Assembly: GCA_013239625.1 (NCBI GenBank)
Contig: MU057352.1
Location: 32,452,904 to 32,516,903, forward strand
DNA: 64,000 nt
Origin: Lama guanicoe
Taxonomy: Eukaryota
Reading direction: 5' to 3'
Shown here: positions 24,267 through 37,300 of the stretch, one piece after another
Numbering within the stretch: position 1 is the stretch's first letter
Layout: each line of letters starts with the position of its first letter
Program-made: the position numbers and the translations under genes
Notes under the pieces: model-generated
What the model was told of the DNA's origin: nothing
Databases searched by the model: none
What the model saw: only the letters and a program-made list of their open reading frames with translations

Positions 24267-24534
24267 CGCCCTGCCACCTTAGGTTTCACACCTCCTTCCT
24301 TCCTCCTCCAAGTACGTTGCTCCTAAGTCCCCCAGCCTGTCGAGGGCGACACTGTCTTGAAGGTGGAGGTCTCCTACCCGCCTTGACCCAGGAGAGTCTC
24401 GTTCTGGTCTACTGACTTGTTTATTTATTCCCTCGTATCCGCATAACCCTCCCCACAACCTGTAAACAACCATTTTAATTTAGTCAATGTGCGTTTTTCT
24501 GCTTGTAAGTGCTCCTGGGGGGAAAAGGTGGGTT

Positions 24535-24655
24535 TTTTTTAATCTTTTTATTCCGAAATCATCTTAGGCTTACAGAAGAGTTGTAGAGAGTGCAGAGAGG
24601 TTCTGTATACCCTTCACATGTTCCACCAACGTTAACATCTTCCTTGGCTACATTT
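24535..24655 (-). mobile_element. Old L1M 3'-end fragment
   Basis: Poly-T followed by ttacagaagagttg...tatacccttcac...gttaacatctt, typical of an antisense L1M 3' end. Confidence 0.6.
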
Positions 24656-24689
24656 AAACATGATTAATATTTCTTCCTACTACAGTATC

Positions 24690-25705
24690 TTTTTTATTTC
24701 CATTTTTTGTTATTGTTATTGGCATGTAGCTAATTTACCAAGCTGTGTTAGTTGCAGGTGCACGGCATAGTGATTCAGTTATGCATGTGTGTATTTCCTT
24801 TTCAGATTCTTTTCCATTATAGGTCACTACAAGATGTTTGATACAGCTCCCTGCACTGTACAGCAGGACCTTATCACCTACTTTATATATAGAGTAGAAT
24901 GTATACGCCAACCCCAAACTCCTAGTTTACACACTCCTCTCTGCTTTCCCCTTTGGCAACCCTGAGTTTGTTTTCTACGTCTGTGAGTCTGTCTTATAAA
25001 TAAGTTCGTTTGCACCATTTTTTTAGAGTCCACACATAAGCGATGCCACATGACATTGTCTTTCTCTGACTTCCCGCACTTAACATGATCATCTCTAGGG
25101 CCATCTATATNNNNNNNNNNNNNNNNNNNNNNNNNNNNNNNNNNNNNNNNNNNNNNNNNNNNNNNNNNNNNNNNNNNNNNNNNNNNNNNNNNNNNNNNNN
25201 NNNNNNNNNNNNNNNNNNNNNNNNNNNNNNNNNNNNNNNNNNNNNNNNNNNNNNNNNNNNNNNNNNNNNNNNNCTTTTCAAATTAGAGTTTTCTCTGGAT
25301 AAATGCCTGGGAGTTGGGTTGCTGGATCATATGGTGACTATTTTTAGGTCTTTTTTTAAATGGAGATACTGGGGATTGAACCCAGGACCTCGTACATGCT
25401 ACAACCGAGCTATACCCACCCCACTCCCCCATTTTTAGTTTTCTAAGGAAACTTCCTACTGTTTTCCATAGTGACTGCATCAACTTACGTTCCCGCCAGC
25501 AGTGTTGGAGGGTTCCTTTTTCTCCACACCTTCTCCAGCATTTATTCGTAGACTTTTTGATGATGGCTATTTTGACTAGTGTGAGGTGATACCTCATTGT
25601 AGCTTTGATTTGCATTTCTCTGATAGTGATGCTGAGCATCTTTCCATGTGCCTGTGGGCCATCTGTGTGTCTTCTTTGGAGAAATGTCTATTTAGGTCTC
25701 CTGCC
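24690..25705 (-). mobile_element. 5'-truncated L1 (ORF2 C-terminus plus 3'UTR), spanning N gap 25111-25273
   Basis: Minus [46 protein letters not shown] is the L1 ORF2 Cys-rich tail; ungulate-type 3'UTR and poly-T follow. Confidence 0.9.
25348..25430 (-). mobile_element. tRNA-derived SINE (camelid Vic-1-like) inserted into the L1
   Basis: Reverse complement reads gggtatagctcggttgtagcatgtacgaggtcctgggttcaatccccagtatctcca plus an A tail (A-box and B-box present). Flanked by direct repeats ATTTTTAG at 25340-25347 and 25431-25438. Confidence 0.8.
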
Positions 25706-26009
25706 TAATGGTAACATTTCACATAACTGTGGTATGACGATCAAAGTGTACGTATTTTAAATTTATTTAAATCATATCATTAGATATCTCGTTCGCTTTA
25801 CTTTCTTCCATTAAGCACTTCTTTAAAAAAAAAGATCTATCTGGTTTGCTACGTGCGCATCTGATCTGTTATGTCTTTTTCTTTTTTCTTGACATGGTTT
25901 ATTTTAATAAAAAGCACTGCTGAAGGTGTATCACAGGCTACACGAAGGCATACACAACACGCTCTCTGTGCGTCACAGCGCACACCAGTGCGCACCCTTG
26001 GATTTTACT

Positions 26010-27000
26010 TTTTCAGTCAGCGTTACTGCGGTACAATTTATACACAACAAGCTCCAGCCGGCGAGAGTGCTCGGTGAGTCTGACGGCGTCTAAGCCGCAC
26101 AGCTGGGGGCGCCGGGCGCGGCCCGGGCTGGGCTCCCTGAGCCTCCCAGCAAGAGGGACAAGGCGCTGCTGCTTGTCTCGCGGCTGAGTTTGTGCAGAGC
26201 CCTGCGCATGTGGAGCAGCAGCCCTTTACCAGGTGTGTGTGAGGGCTTTTCCCCGGCCCCTCGCTGACCTCTCAGTCTTCCAGGAGTACCTTTTGCACAG
26301 AAGGACTTTTCAAATTGAAAAACAGAACTCTAACCTCGTTTTTTCCTTCACGGGTTGTGCTTTTGTGCTGGTTCTTCCCCGAAAACCCACTGTGACTTCC
26401 AAGGTCGTCCGGATCTTCTCTTCCAGGAGTCTTGGAGGTTTGCATTTTACAGGTAACTACAAGCCCATTTGAAGTCACGTTGCGAACGGTGTAAGGACGG
26501 CGTCTGGGTTCTGTTTCTTTTTTGGCCACGGATTCCGATTGCTCCTGCACCATTTATTGAGAAGACTTTCATTTCTCTGTCAACTGACTCTTCTCCTTTG
26601 CCAAAGATCAGGTGACTCCGACTGGGCGGGTCTACTTCAGGGCCGGCCTTCCCATTCTATTGCCCTATTTGCGTATTCTTTTGCCAACGGCACACGGTCT
26701 TGGCATTTTATTCCATTTCTCTGTCCAGCTGTTCCAGCTTTCCATTCACTGCACTGCTTCTCAGACCATAATGACAACAGTTGCTTTAAAGCCTGACGAT
26801 TTCGATGTCTGTGCCATCTCTTGGCTGGTATCTGTTGAATGCCTTTTCCCTTGCAATTGCGGTTTTCCTGATTTTTCATGTCCAGTGATTCTGGACTGCG
26901 TCCTGGACAGTGTGAACACCTGGTTGTGAGCCTCTGCCTCCTGTTTAAATCCCACAAAGACTGCTGACTGGGCTGCTTGTTCTGGCAGACAGTCGGCTGG
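26010..27000 (-). mobile_element. Degenerate ancient L1 fragments
   Basis: L1-like motifs ggtacaatttatacacaa, cccatttgaagt...ggtgtaagg and caccatttattgagaagact; boundaries approximate. Confidence 0.6.
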
Positions 27001-28239
27001 GCCGGGCTCCCACCGCCGTCCCACCACCTGTGAGCCGTGGTTCTGGCGCCAGGCCGGTCTGAGGGCTTTCCCAGTGCGGCTCAGGCGTGTCTTGCATGGG
27101 CATCAAAAGACCCACGGACAAGTCTGGGGCCGGGCAGTGGTCTGCCCTTCAGACCACTTCTGAAAGCTTATGCTCTGCTGTTTAGGGTGGATGCTAACGT
27201 ACACAGGCTGCTCCCCAAACATCCTCCTCTGCACGCTTTCCCTACTCTTTCCAGCTCTTAGGGGGCCCCCCATTCTGGCCTTCTGATTAGAAAGTTGGGC
27301 CTTTAGCCTCCCACCCTGCTGTACACCTTTGGTAAGTGGTTCTGTCTTGCACGCCAGGTGCCAAGACAATAGAAACAGAAAAACAAAAAAAGCGGTGGGC
27401 ATCCTGTCCTCCTGCTCAGCTTGGTTTCAGGTGCCTTCTCCCGAAGCCCCTTCACTTCCCTGGCTGCAGGGGGGCGTCTCCAGGGCTCCTGGGCCGTGTC
27501 CGCCTGCACCCGCACAGCTGTCTGTGTGCTCCTGTGCTCCTCCCAGGGGCCCTGGTGTTTCGCGAGGGCTTCAGCCGCATCCCGACACCGTTCTCATGCG
27601 TTCATTTGATTCACAGTGGCTCAGGGTTTACCACGTGCCTGGAGCTTTATAGATGCCACCCCCCGACCAGCCGTCTGGGCCCAGGGCAGGAGGGCAGGCC
27701 TGTCTGGAAAGGGCCAGGCGCCGCCCCCCAGGCCCAGGGAGGGTGAGGCAGGTGGGGAGGCAGAGCCGAGACCCCAGGCTGGAAAGCAGAGGAAGGTGGG
27801 GACCAGATGGCCAAGGGTCCCAGGGCCACAATCCAGATTCAGACACCATCCTGAGGGCAGGCCAGGCGTGGGTGAGGTGTGCGTTATAAGTGGGCAGGGC
27901 AAAGGAGGGAGGTGGGGTCCTGGGCCAGGGTGGGGCACGTGGGAAGATTCTAGATGTTGGCGGGAAGCATCACAGATCTGGTCAGGCCTGGGAGGGCAGG
28001 GAGTAGGCGTCAAGGATGGCCCCCAGGCTCTGGGCCCAGCACCCTCCGGGGAGTTCTCAGCTCACAAGGCCACAGGAAACACCCGGCAGAGCCGCCGAGC
28101 ACCTCGAGTTGCGAGGCTCTCTGGGCCCCGGGGCCGGTTAGCGTCGGGGTCTGAGGGGGCGGCCGCAGGGCCCAGCTGAGGAAGGGGCTGGGGAGGGGCG
28201 CGCGAGGCAAGGCCCGGGGGCCAGCGGGAATGCATCACT

Positions 28240-28245
28240 TTTAAT
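28240..28245 (-). terminator. MROH gene polyA signal ATTAAA
   Basis: TTTAAT on the + strand, 48 nt after the stop codon. Confidence 0.65.
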
Positions 28246-28293
28246 AGGGAACTAAAAAAGCACAACACAACACAACACAATCAACTGCAGCTG

Positions 28294-28391
28294 TCAGGTG
28301 ACATACTGGGACAGTTCGACGACGTCTTCAAAGAAGCTCTTGTAGAACTTCCGGCTCTCGGAGTCGGGGTCCTGCTCAAGAAGCTCCAAGT
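28294..28391 (-). CDS. MROH4: MROH4 last coding exon (YLELLEQDPDSESRKFYKSFFEDVVELSQYVT*)
   Basis: ctgcag|AC; 98 nt to TGA. Confidence 0.88.
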
Positions 28392-31300
28392 CTGCAGCAG
28401 AGACCGGGGCCTGACCGCGCGGCCCCTGGGGCGGGGGCGGGGGGGGGCGGCCTGTGCGGCGCTGCGGGCAGGCGCTCGGTGGGGGGGGGGGAAACGGGAC
28501 CCTGCCCCGGGGAACACCGGTCTGTGGGAGACGCTGCCCTGCTGGGGGCTCCATCCAAGGGGTGGGCCCCAGGGGACCTGGCCCTGTCCCCCAAGCCCAC
28601 GTGGGGTGCATGTGGGGAGGCCCAACCGGGCACAGGGCGGCCCTGTGCTCACACTTCCTGAGGGTGCTCACGTCGCCCTTCTTCAGGCAGAAGCAGAGGT
28701 CAGCGAAGTAGTCCTGCAGGAGTCCCCCTGCGCGGGAAGGAGGTGGGGCCGTGGGTGCCCGGCCACAGAGGGAGGCGGGGGTCTGGCTGAGGGGCCAGTG
28801 CTCCCAGCCGGAGGCCAGCACCACTGCCCCTTCTGGAGCGGACCTCAGGGTCGGGGCTGGCGGGCTGGCACCTACCAATGAACTTCATGGCCACGAGCTT
28901 CAGGTGCCTGTCAGGACTGACCAGATAAACCAGCGCCCGCATGAGAAACTGGTGGTAGTTGCCAAAGTTGCTCTCCACCTGGGGTGGAGAAGAGCTGAGT
29001 TGGTGGCAGGCTGGGGTCCATGTGGCCCTCCGGTCCTGCCTGAGGCCCCACGCTGCTCAGCGTTCCCAGCCTGGAAAGAGGAGGGCCACCACACCCTGGG
29101 TCCAGGGCCAGGAAGCCGGGCCCCGGCACGGACGAGGCGGGGAGGGGCAGAGCCGTGGCTTTGCAGGACCAGCTCTCCTTCCACCCGTCAGGACGGGAGC
29201 CTGTGCGAAAGGACCTGGGACTTTGCAGACCAGTTGACTCTCCCTCCAGGGAGTCCTCCAGGAAGTCATCTCTGCCCCTCCCAGGATGGCTTCAGCAATG
29301 GGTCCAGGCCTATCAGAGCCAATGGGATGTGGGCAGTCCGTGGGCTCCTCCATGCAGAGGGCGAGGAGACGGGGCACCTGCACCAGGGTTGGGGCACCAT
29401 GCTTTTCTGCCACATGCACAACCACGAGTCCCGATGAATACATCCCAGTGCCTCGGGCCCCAAGGTCACCCCATTCCCCACACCTCCCAGAGAGACCAAC
29501 CCATGGGCCCACTGCCCGCTCCTGCCCCAGCCACGCTCTCCCCGGGTGAGGGGCACTCCTGCAGCAGGGGGCACCTTCCTTGCTCTGGCTCCTCGCTGGC
29601 CAGGATGACCCACAGGGCTGCCTTTCTACCCCTAGGACCTCACAATGGGACTTTACTGGGAGAGAAGGCCTTTAAAGGGGCAGTCAGCTCAGTGAGATCA
29701 TACAGGTGGGCCCGGATCCAGCACGCCTGGCACCCTCATACAAAGGGGGGGGGGCGTGGAGCAGGGGAGAGGCTTCCCTGAGGAGCTTCCCTGAGGAGCC
29801 TCTCCCCTGCTCCATGCCCCCGCTTTGTATGAGGGCAGGCCACAGTGATGCTGCTGCTGCTGCTGAGACCCAAGGGGCTACAGGAGCTGGAGAGGCACAG
29901 GACAGAGCTGTCCCCAGTGCCTTCGCAGGGAGCGCGGCCCTGCCAATGCCTCCACCTCGGACTCCAGATTCCAGACAGCGAGGTAACACACTTCCGCTGT
30001 GTAAGTCAGTTTGTGGCACTTTGTCACATGGCCCAGGAAACCAATACAGGCCAGAAATTCCTAAAGCTGCTCCAGAGAGAGGCGCTAATGCAGGGAAAAC
30101 AGAAAGAGGGTTACGGCGTGAGAGCTGGGAAAGTGGAATTTAATGGGCTTCATTGGTGCTTGGTATTTAAACGTGGGGAAATGTTTAAATGTGGACATTT
30201 TGTTTCTTCTGTTCATGACTTTTGAAAATAGGGTGCTGACGTGCACCTGCTACCACACGTGGTGTCAGGAAACAATCGGGGAACCCACCTGGCCCCCGTG
30301 CGGGGCACAGGAGGCCATGGCCCGGGCGAGCCGGTGGGGAGAGGCTCAGCCCCGGCGCTGCGCGTTCGCAGGAGGACAGCTGCCCAGCGTGGAGCTGTGG
30401 ACTTCCTGCATCAGACACCAGCGACGAACACGCAGCCCACAGGCCTCCACTGTGACAAGACCCCAGATTGAAGCAGCTTTCAGAAACGCTTACAGATTGG
30501 GTCGATGTGTGAGAACTCGACAGTGCGGCAGGAAAGGATGCTGGCCGTGCCGCTGAGAGACGGTGAGGGAGAGTTCTGGAAAGGGGCTGCCTTTTGCGGG
30601 CAGGGCCCCGGTCGTCGGCAGCACCCGGCAGAGTCCAGCCCGCGGCGCAAGGCAGCCTGCGGAGACCTGGTCCCGCAACCCTGGCCGACGGACGGCAACT
30701 GTTTCCCTTTGAATAAAACTGCAGAAATCCTAGGAAGCTGTGACAATGGCAAAACCACTGAAGCCCGGGGGTGTCTGGGTGGGGAGGGAAGATTCGTAAG
30801 AAAGGAAGGCGGTGAAGACTTAACGTTCAAACCTTCACCTTCTCGTCCTGGTGATGCTGGGTCTTTTCCACAGAGCGTGAAACAGGCAGGAGATAGACCT
30901 TCGCAGCTAACTAGGATTTTATTCCACATTCAGAGGTGTGTCAATAGTTTGTGACTGGTTTGTAAATAAACGTTCGGGGAAATGTTCTTTGTGAAATCCA
31001 GACGCTGCTGTCGGTGATGGGCGGACGTAATGGCAGTAATGCTGACCGCTGAACGTTTCCCAGGCGGACTGTGTAACAAGTCAACGAGATGAATGCACTG
31101 GGCACTAAACAGGCTGCAAATGGTAGTGCACGGACCTCCTCGTGGAGGAGGGGAGACCAGCTACCCCAGGGCAGAGGCGGCCAGGACACACCCTGAACGG
31201 CGGGCTCGGGGCTGGTGCTCTGGCGTCTCCCGTGGGGGGGGGGGGCGTCGGCCCGGGGAGCCTGGTGCAGCTCCCCCGGAGAAGAAGACTGACCCGCAGA

Positions 31301-34300
31301 CCCAGGCAAGCAGGGATAGAAGGGGAGCCCTGGCCCCAAACAGGCACCTTGAGGACCTAGGGCAGGAGGACTCTGCAAGCAGGCAGAGTCAGACTGAGAG
31401 TCTCTCTCTATCTCGGCCCCAGTTAGGAGCAAGAGAAAAGGAACATTTCTTGAGAAACAGTAACCACGGCCCAGAGAAAGCCTCGTGAGGACCTGGGGTT
31501 GGGTTATGGTGTGGGCATCCTGGGACCCCAGCGCAGAGAAATGCAGGCGGAACCACCCCGGGCGGGAGGACCTGGGACGCCCCGCAGCCCCAGACACCCC
31601 AGAGCAGGCCATCTCCAGCCCGACCCGACGGGACGCCTGTGGAGAAAGGGCCACAGTGCAAACGGCAAGCCCACGGAGGGGAGGCCGCCGCAGCAGGAGT
31701 CAGGGAAGGCCTGGAGCCGCGGAGCTCCCGGGAAGCCGGCCACCAAGCAGAGGCCACACAGGCGCTCTTTAAACAATTACGTTACTCACAAGAGAGAACA
31801 AGACTGAAGGAGAACAGGCAGGCTCGTGGAAGAGGCCACAGAGAAAGCAAAGGGATTCCCCGTGGCCCCCGTGGGGGCGACGCGGACGGGCGTGTGAAGA
31901 GGAAGGGAGGCGGGGTTCGCGAGCTGGGAGACGACCTGGAAGAAAAACGGCCCGAACACAAAAGATGCAGACCGGGGGCGAGGTTCAGACAGCGGACGAC
32001 AGGACCGTCCGACAGCAATCGAGTGTGGGAGGTTCACCACATTGTCCCCGTTACCGATTGCTTTTTGCCTCTCAGCTCCAGATCCACCCATGCTGGCGGC
32101 TCTGGAAAGCCGGACCTGGGCCCTCGGGCCCCAGAGTGCTGGCGGCAGGCACCACGGAGAGACCCGAGACGCTGCAGGTGGAAGGGACTTGCGCCCTGAC
32201 TCTGGGTCCTCACTCGCCAGCTGTGGGGGGCGCCAGGCTCCTGGGCGGGCGGCGTCCACGCACCAGGGCATGGTGCACGTCGGCCCCTGCGCGTGGGGTG
32301 CGGTGGCCAGCTCCTCGACGGGGCAGCACCTTCCTCTGGGCCCCCCTCCGGCAGCTTTGCGGTGAAGGTCCCGTGCCAGCTCCTGAGGCTCTTCCTGGGA
32401 TCTCCGAGGGCTCATCTTCTGCACCACGTGGAGATGAACCTCTTCTCTGACACGGAGCAAGTCACGCGCATTCGAGGCCCGGCGCTCAGCCCATGGCGGG
32501 GGGGACTCCCTTGGGTGCTCCCATCAGCCCTCAGGCAGCAGCCATTGCAGTGTCACCACGGCAAGGCGCGTGCCGCGCAGGAGGGTCCCTGCTGTCCCTG
32601 CACCCTTCCCGCTCCCCTTGCCCTCCCTCCCAGCCTCCCCCTTGTCGCGCCGGGCCCCTGCTGCAGTTGGTGATCCTTCACATTACCCTCTCCCTGCTCA
32701 AATCGCCGTATGGAGTCTATCTCCCAAGTGGATCTGGACACAGAGCATTCACAGTCGTGATCGAGGCCAGAAGGGGCAAGTGTGGCAGCCCCTGGGCCTC
32801 CGAGGCCTGAGCCGCAGCCGGCACGTCACCATGGTGAACCCCAGGCGGCAGCCAGGAGCATGAACTGGGCCACCAGGGTCCCATCGCCCAGGGGCAAGGG
32901 GCCAGGCCCTGCACTAGAGCTGAAAGGCACTCCCAAGCCAGTCCCCGAGCCCCCTCTTGCTGGTCCTCCTGGACCCGTCGCAGTACCAGCGCTGTTCCAC
33001 AGAGCGGGGAGGAACTTCTCAATCAGACCCAAAAGCACAAACCGTGGGAAAGTAATACACTGGGCTACATTAAAACTCCAAACTTCTGCCTAACCAGAGA
33101 CGCCGTTAGCAGAGTACAAGGCCGAGTCACACACTGGGCAGAATTAACAGCAATACAGGCAACTGGCCCAGGCCCCGCCCCCAGAGCTCAGAGAAGTCAC
33201 ACCTGACACGCATTTCTGAGCAAAAGACAAACAACGCCACGCGCGGTGGGTGAGGATCTGAGCAGGTGAGTCGGGTGGAGGCGCCCTGGCTGGCGGGCTC
33301 CCGACGGGGTCTGGCCCCACAAGACCCCTGTCACCCTGGGAGGGCGGTGCCCACTTGGAGCCCTGGCCCAGCCTCTCTCTCCCAGCCTCAGCAGGGTCCC
33401 CAGGTCGCCTCGGACACCTGGATGAGGTCCGGCATGGCCCAGGTGTGAGGCCCACAGGAGCCCTCGGCCAAGCTGTTCCCCTGGCAGCCAGGGGAGCCCC
33501 AGCAGGGCGGGCGCTGAGGGTCCGCTCGTCTCCCACTCTTAGGGCACAGAGAGCGACTGCAGTCAGAAATACACTGACCGCCAGGACACGGAGCTCTCCT
33601 CAGCCCGTTCACGCCCACCTCCGCACAGAGCTCCTCAGCAAGGGATGGGGTCCCAGGAACGTCTGCAGGGTCAAGGGTCTGGGAGCTAAAGCGCCCTCCC
33701 CACGTCTGCCCAGGGCCCGTTGATGGCAAAGCGGGGCGTGCCGCCAGGCGGGGCTCCCTGTCCCGGTCCAGGTGCACGGTGTGGGTGTGGCCTCCCACGC
33801 GGCCCACCTTGGAGGCCCCGAGCTCCATCACCGAGGAACCACACTTTCCTCCCAGAGGCTGAAGTCTCCGGCTCAGCATGCAGCAGGCACTAATAAACAT
33901 GCCCAGGACCAAGTCAGACAGCACTGAGGGGGCCTCGGCATCTGCACACCCCCACCTGGGTGCCCCTGAGAGGGGCTGGCGGTGAGCCGAGGACCAGAGG
34001 GCCCTGCCTGCACACAGCCGGTCTCCACCCTCCGGGCCTCCTGCTCCCCCTCCAGCAGGGCGCTGGCATCTTACCATGTAGATTAAAATGTCGTTCTCGG
34101 CGCCCAGGCCACGGCCCCAGGCCAATTTGCCAAACAGCTCCTTCCGAAACTCCCACTTCAGCAAGATGGCGCAACGCAGAAAGGTGAGCTTGGTCTTCTG
34201 CAGGCACCGAGAGAGATGTGTCACCACCCGCCCATCACGATGCCCCGCTCCGGGCAGACCCCTGAGGGTCCCCTGCCCAGCAAGCACCCCACTCACAGCT

Positions 34301-37300
34301 GCGCGGGCCAGAGGGGAGATGCACCGTGGGAGGAAGGGGCACCCCCACAACACGGCCGTTACTCCAGGCCCCACGAGTGTCCTGCTCTCATTCACAGAAA
34401 GATCCCAGAAAGGCCAGTGGTAGCCTGGCCACTCAGTCCTTTCTCTGAGGGTCCAGGGGATGGGCACCCAAGGCAAGAGCACTGGCTCTTTGCTCAGCAG
34501 CCCCAGCACCACGGCCCCTGGGCTCACAGCTCCTTTAGAGGGTCCCTGTGTCCCTGTGGTGGGCAGAACCCATCGCCACACCCGCTCCGAGGCACATGGG
34601 TTGGAGCCCTGACCCCCAGGACTCCAGGACATGGACATACTTGGAGAAAAGGTCTTTAAAGGGGTGATTAAATTAAAACGAAGTCATGACAGTGGGCCCT
34701 AAGCCAGTATGGCCAGTGTCCTTATAAGAAGAGGAGATCCAGAATCAGACAGCCACAGAGAGACGACCAAGCGAGGACACAAGGAGAAGACAGCCGTCCA
34801 CATGCCAAAGAGAGGCCTCAGGAGGAACCAGCCCTGCGACGCTCAGTCGCAGCCTCCCCACCTGCGGCAGTTTATCAAGGCAGCCCAAGCTGACTAGGAC
34901 AGGCCCCGCTCCAGGCCTGGCCTCTCCTCCTTGCTGCGTCGGGAACGGCCTTCCTGGTATTCACTCCCCAAATCCCTTCGCCTCCCCTCCTGAGTACACA
35001 CCGCAGGGGGCTCTGCGGCTCACACCTCTGTCCCTGGGGAGCTGGGCAACCTTCTTTCCGGTACCTCCTGACCACAAAGGAGGACCCTCTGTTCCTTCCT
35101 CCTCGACTCCCCCGCCCCCACTGGCCAGGCCATGCCTACCCTCGACTTCTTGTGCGCCAGGCTCTCAGAGAACGAACCACGCTCCCTCAACTGGAGACCC
35201 TGGCCCCTGGGCAGCTTACCCTAAGATTATATCGCTTCAGAAGCCTGGTTAGAAGCCTGCCTCCCCCAGGGAGCCTCCCTGGTTATCTTAGCCCTCTTTT
35301 CCTTCTTAATTTATTGGCCGTGCCCCTCAGTCTCCCGCCCAGCCACATCGCTCCTTACACTCTTCACACACCGTGCCCATCCACCTTTCCTCTATCCACC
35401 TGTTGACCCTTCCATCCATCCATCCATCCATTTAGCTGAGCATTCACTCAGCTGCTGCCTCGCGTCAGGCTCTGGGCTGGGGGCTGACCTTAAAGATCCA
35501 CCTCTGAGGCAGACCCTCTCCCTCACTTGAGGGGTTCCCAGCCCATCAGGGCCATCAGCAATGGGTCCAGAGGGCTCTTGGGTCTGATGGATCTGGGGCA
35601 CGGGCAGAAAGAAGGCATGGAACTAGTTTGTAGTGAAGAGGCGGGAATTCAGGCAGCTCCCTGAGAGCTCAAGAGAGGGCTGGGAAGAAGGAGGAGGAGG
35701 CCCAAGCAGGCCCTGCCCACTGCCTTGCTGCTCAAGGCATGACCCACAGAGCTGGGTCCCTGTGGAATGGCTGGTAGCTTTGGGGCTGCCCCATGGATCT
35801 TTCGTGGGAGTTAAACATGGTGCCTCTTCCTAGGGCAGGTGCCCTTGAGCAGGGCATGGTCTAGTCCAGCAGCCCCTCGGGGAGGGGGAGTGCGAAGGGC
35901 CCCGAATGCCAGGCTCCTGAGGCTGGTTTTATGTATGTGTGTGCTGGCAGGAGGCCTCTGAAGCCAGAGGAGGTTCACAGAGCCCTGGATCAGGGGAGAA
36001 CCTGGGGGCAGGTGGAGCCCGGGAACGGCCACCCTGGATGGGTCTTTTCCTTTTTTCCGTCTGCATGTTAACCTACAGGGCCAGGCCTGGCCCTCCCTGT
36101 CTGGCCACCGTGGCCTCTCCAGGATGGCAGCCTTGCCCTGGTCCCCACTTACTGAGGCTGAGTCCTGAGGTGCCCGATCTATCTGCAGGCAGATGGGTCC
36201 TCCCAGTCCTGCTCCCCAGGCTGCCCCCAGCTGGAGGATGCTGTCCAGCCAGAGGCACGCCGGGTCACTTACCATGACCACATCAGGGCAGGAGTCTGCC
36301 AGGTGGAAGAGCAGCGGCACCAGGGCCTGGAAGGCGTGGCTCTTGAGCGCCTGCCGAAACTTCTTGCCGCCACTGTAGATAACATCTCCGTACAGGAAGA
36401 TGGCTCCTCCACGCACGCCTTCCTTTTCCTGGCAAGGCAGGCAGGCCTTCCCCTCAGTCAGGAAATATCCTGGAACCCTGGGCCCAGGACAGCCCCAGCC
36501 CCACAAGCCACGTGCCCAGCTAGCTGCCACCCATTCTCACCTTCCTTTCCACCCCAGTGACTTGCAGAGGCCAGTATCTGCCATCACATCTGCCCCTTGT
36601 CAGCACAGCGCTAGCCAACTTTACCCCTCTACTCTACTGACCCTGCTGTCCAGGCCGCCCCTGATGCGCCAGCCACCCCCGCCACACCAGCTGCACGGCC
36701 TTCTCTCCCGGCCGACCCTCTTCTCGCGTCTCCCCTCCGACGGCTGCAGCCTGACCTGCACTGACGTCTTCTCCTGCTTTCTTTCTTTGTTGTCTAGGGA
36801 CCTCAGGCTGATAGGAGCCACCCCTCCGCTCCCAGGCAGACCAGGATGGGGGTTAGAGCACAGACCCTGGTGTCAGACCTGTCACCTTCTAACTCTGTGA
36901 CCCTGAGTAAGGCTCCTTCTGTGTGTGACTCAGTTCCCCCTTTCGCAGGAAGGGATGGACAACAGTGCCTTTGTCCTTGGCCTGTGGTGAGGACTGAATC
37001 CAGCTGTCCATTTATTCCTCTCGCCCCACCTCCTCTAGCCTTATCTGACCACCTCAGACAACAGCAGCTGAGGTCTCCAGGACACCGTCATGGAGGGCAG
37101 TGCCATCTGCCTTCCCGGCAGGCTCCATCTTCCTCTTCCTCACCTCCAGGAATGGCAGCATCAACTTCCCACCTGCCACCCCCAACTGGGGCTCAGCCCT
37201 AAGCCCTCATTCTGCCCTCTCCCCACAGTATGCCCTCAGTCCCTGAGGGCTGCCTTGCAGCCTGGCTGCCCTGCCTTGGTTTAAGCCTCACCACATTTAC

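Noticed and set aside
25348-25430. tRNA gene
   Set aside because: It has an A-tail, a TSD and an internal deletion, so it is a tRNA-derived SINE rather than a tRNA.
33388-34638. 416-aa minus-strand ORF as a standalone gene
   Set aside because: Only 34075-34197 is a real MROH exon. The rest is intronic read-through that starts inside an MLT1 LTR.
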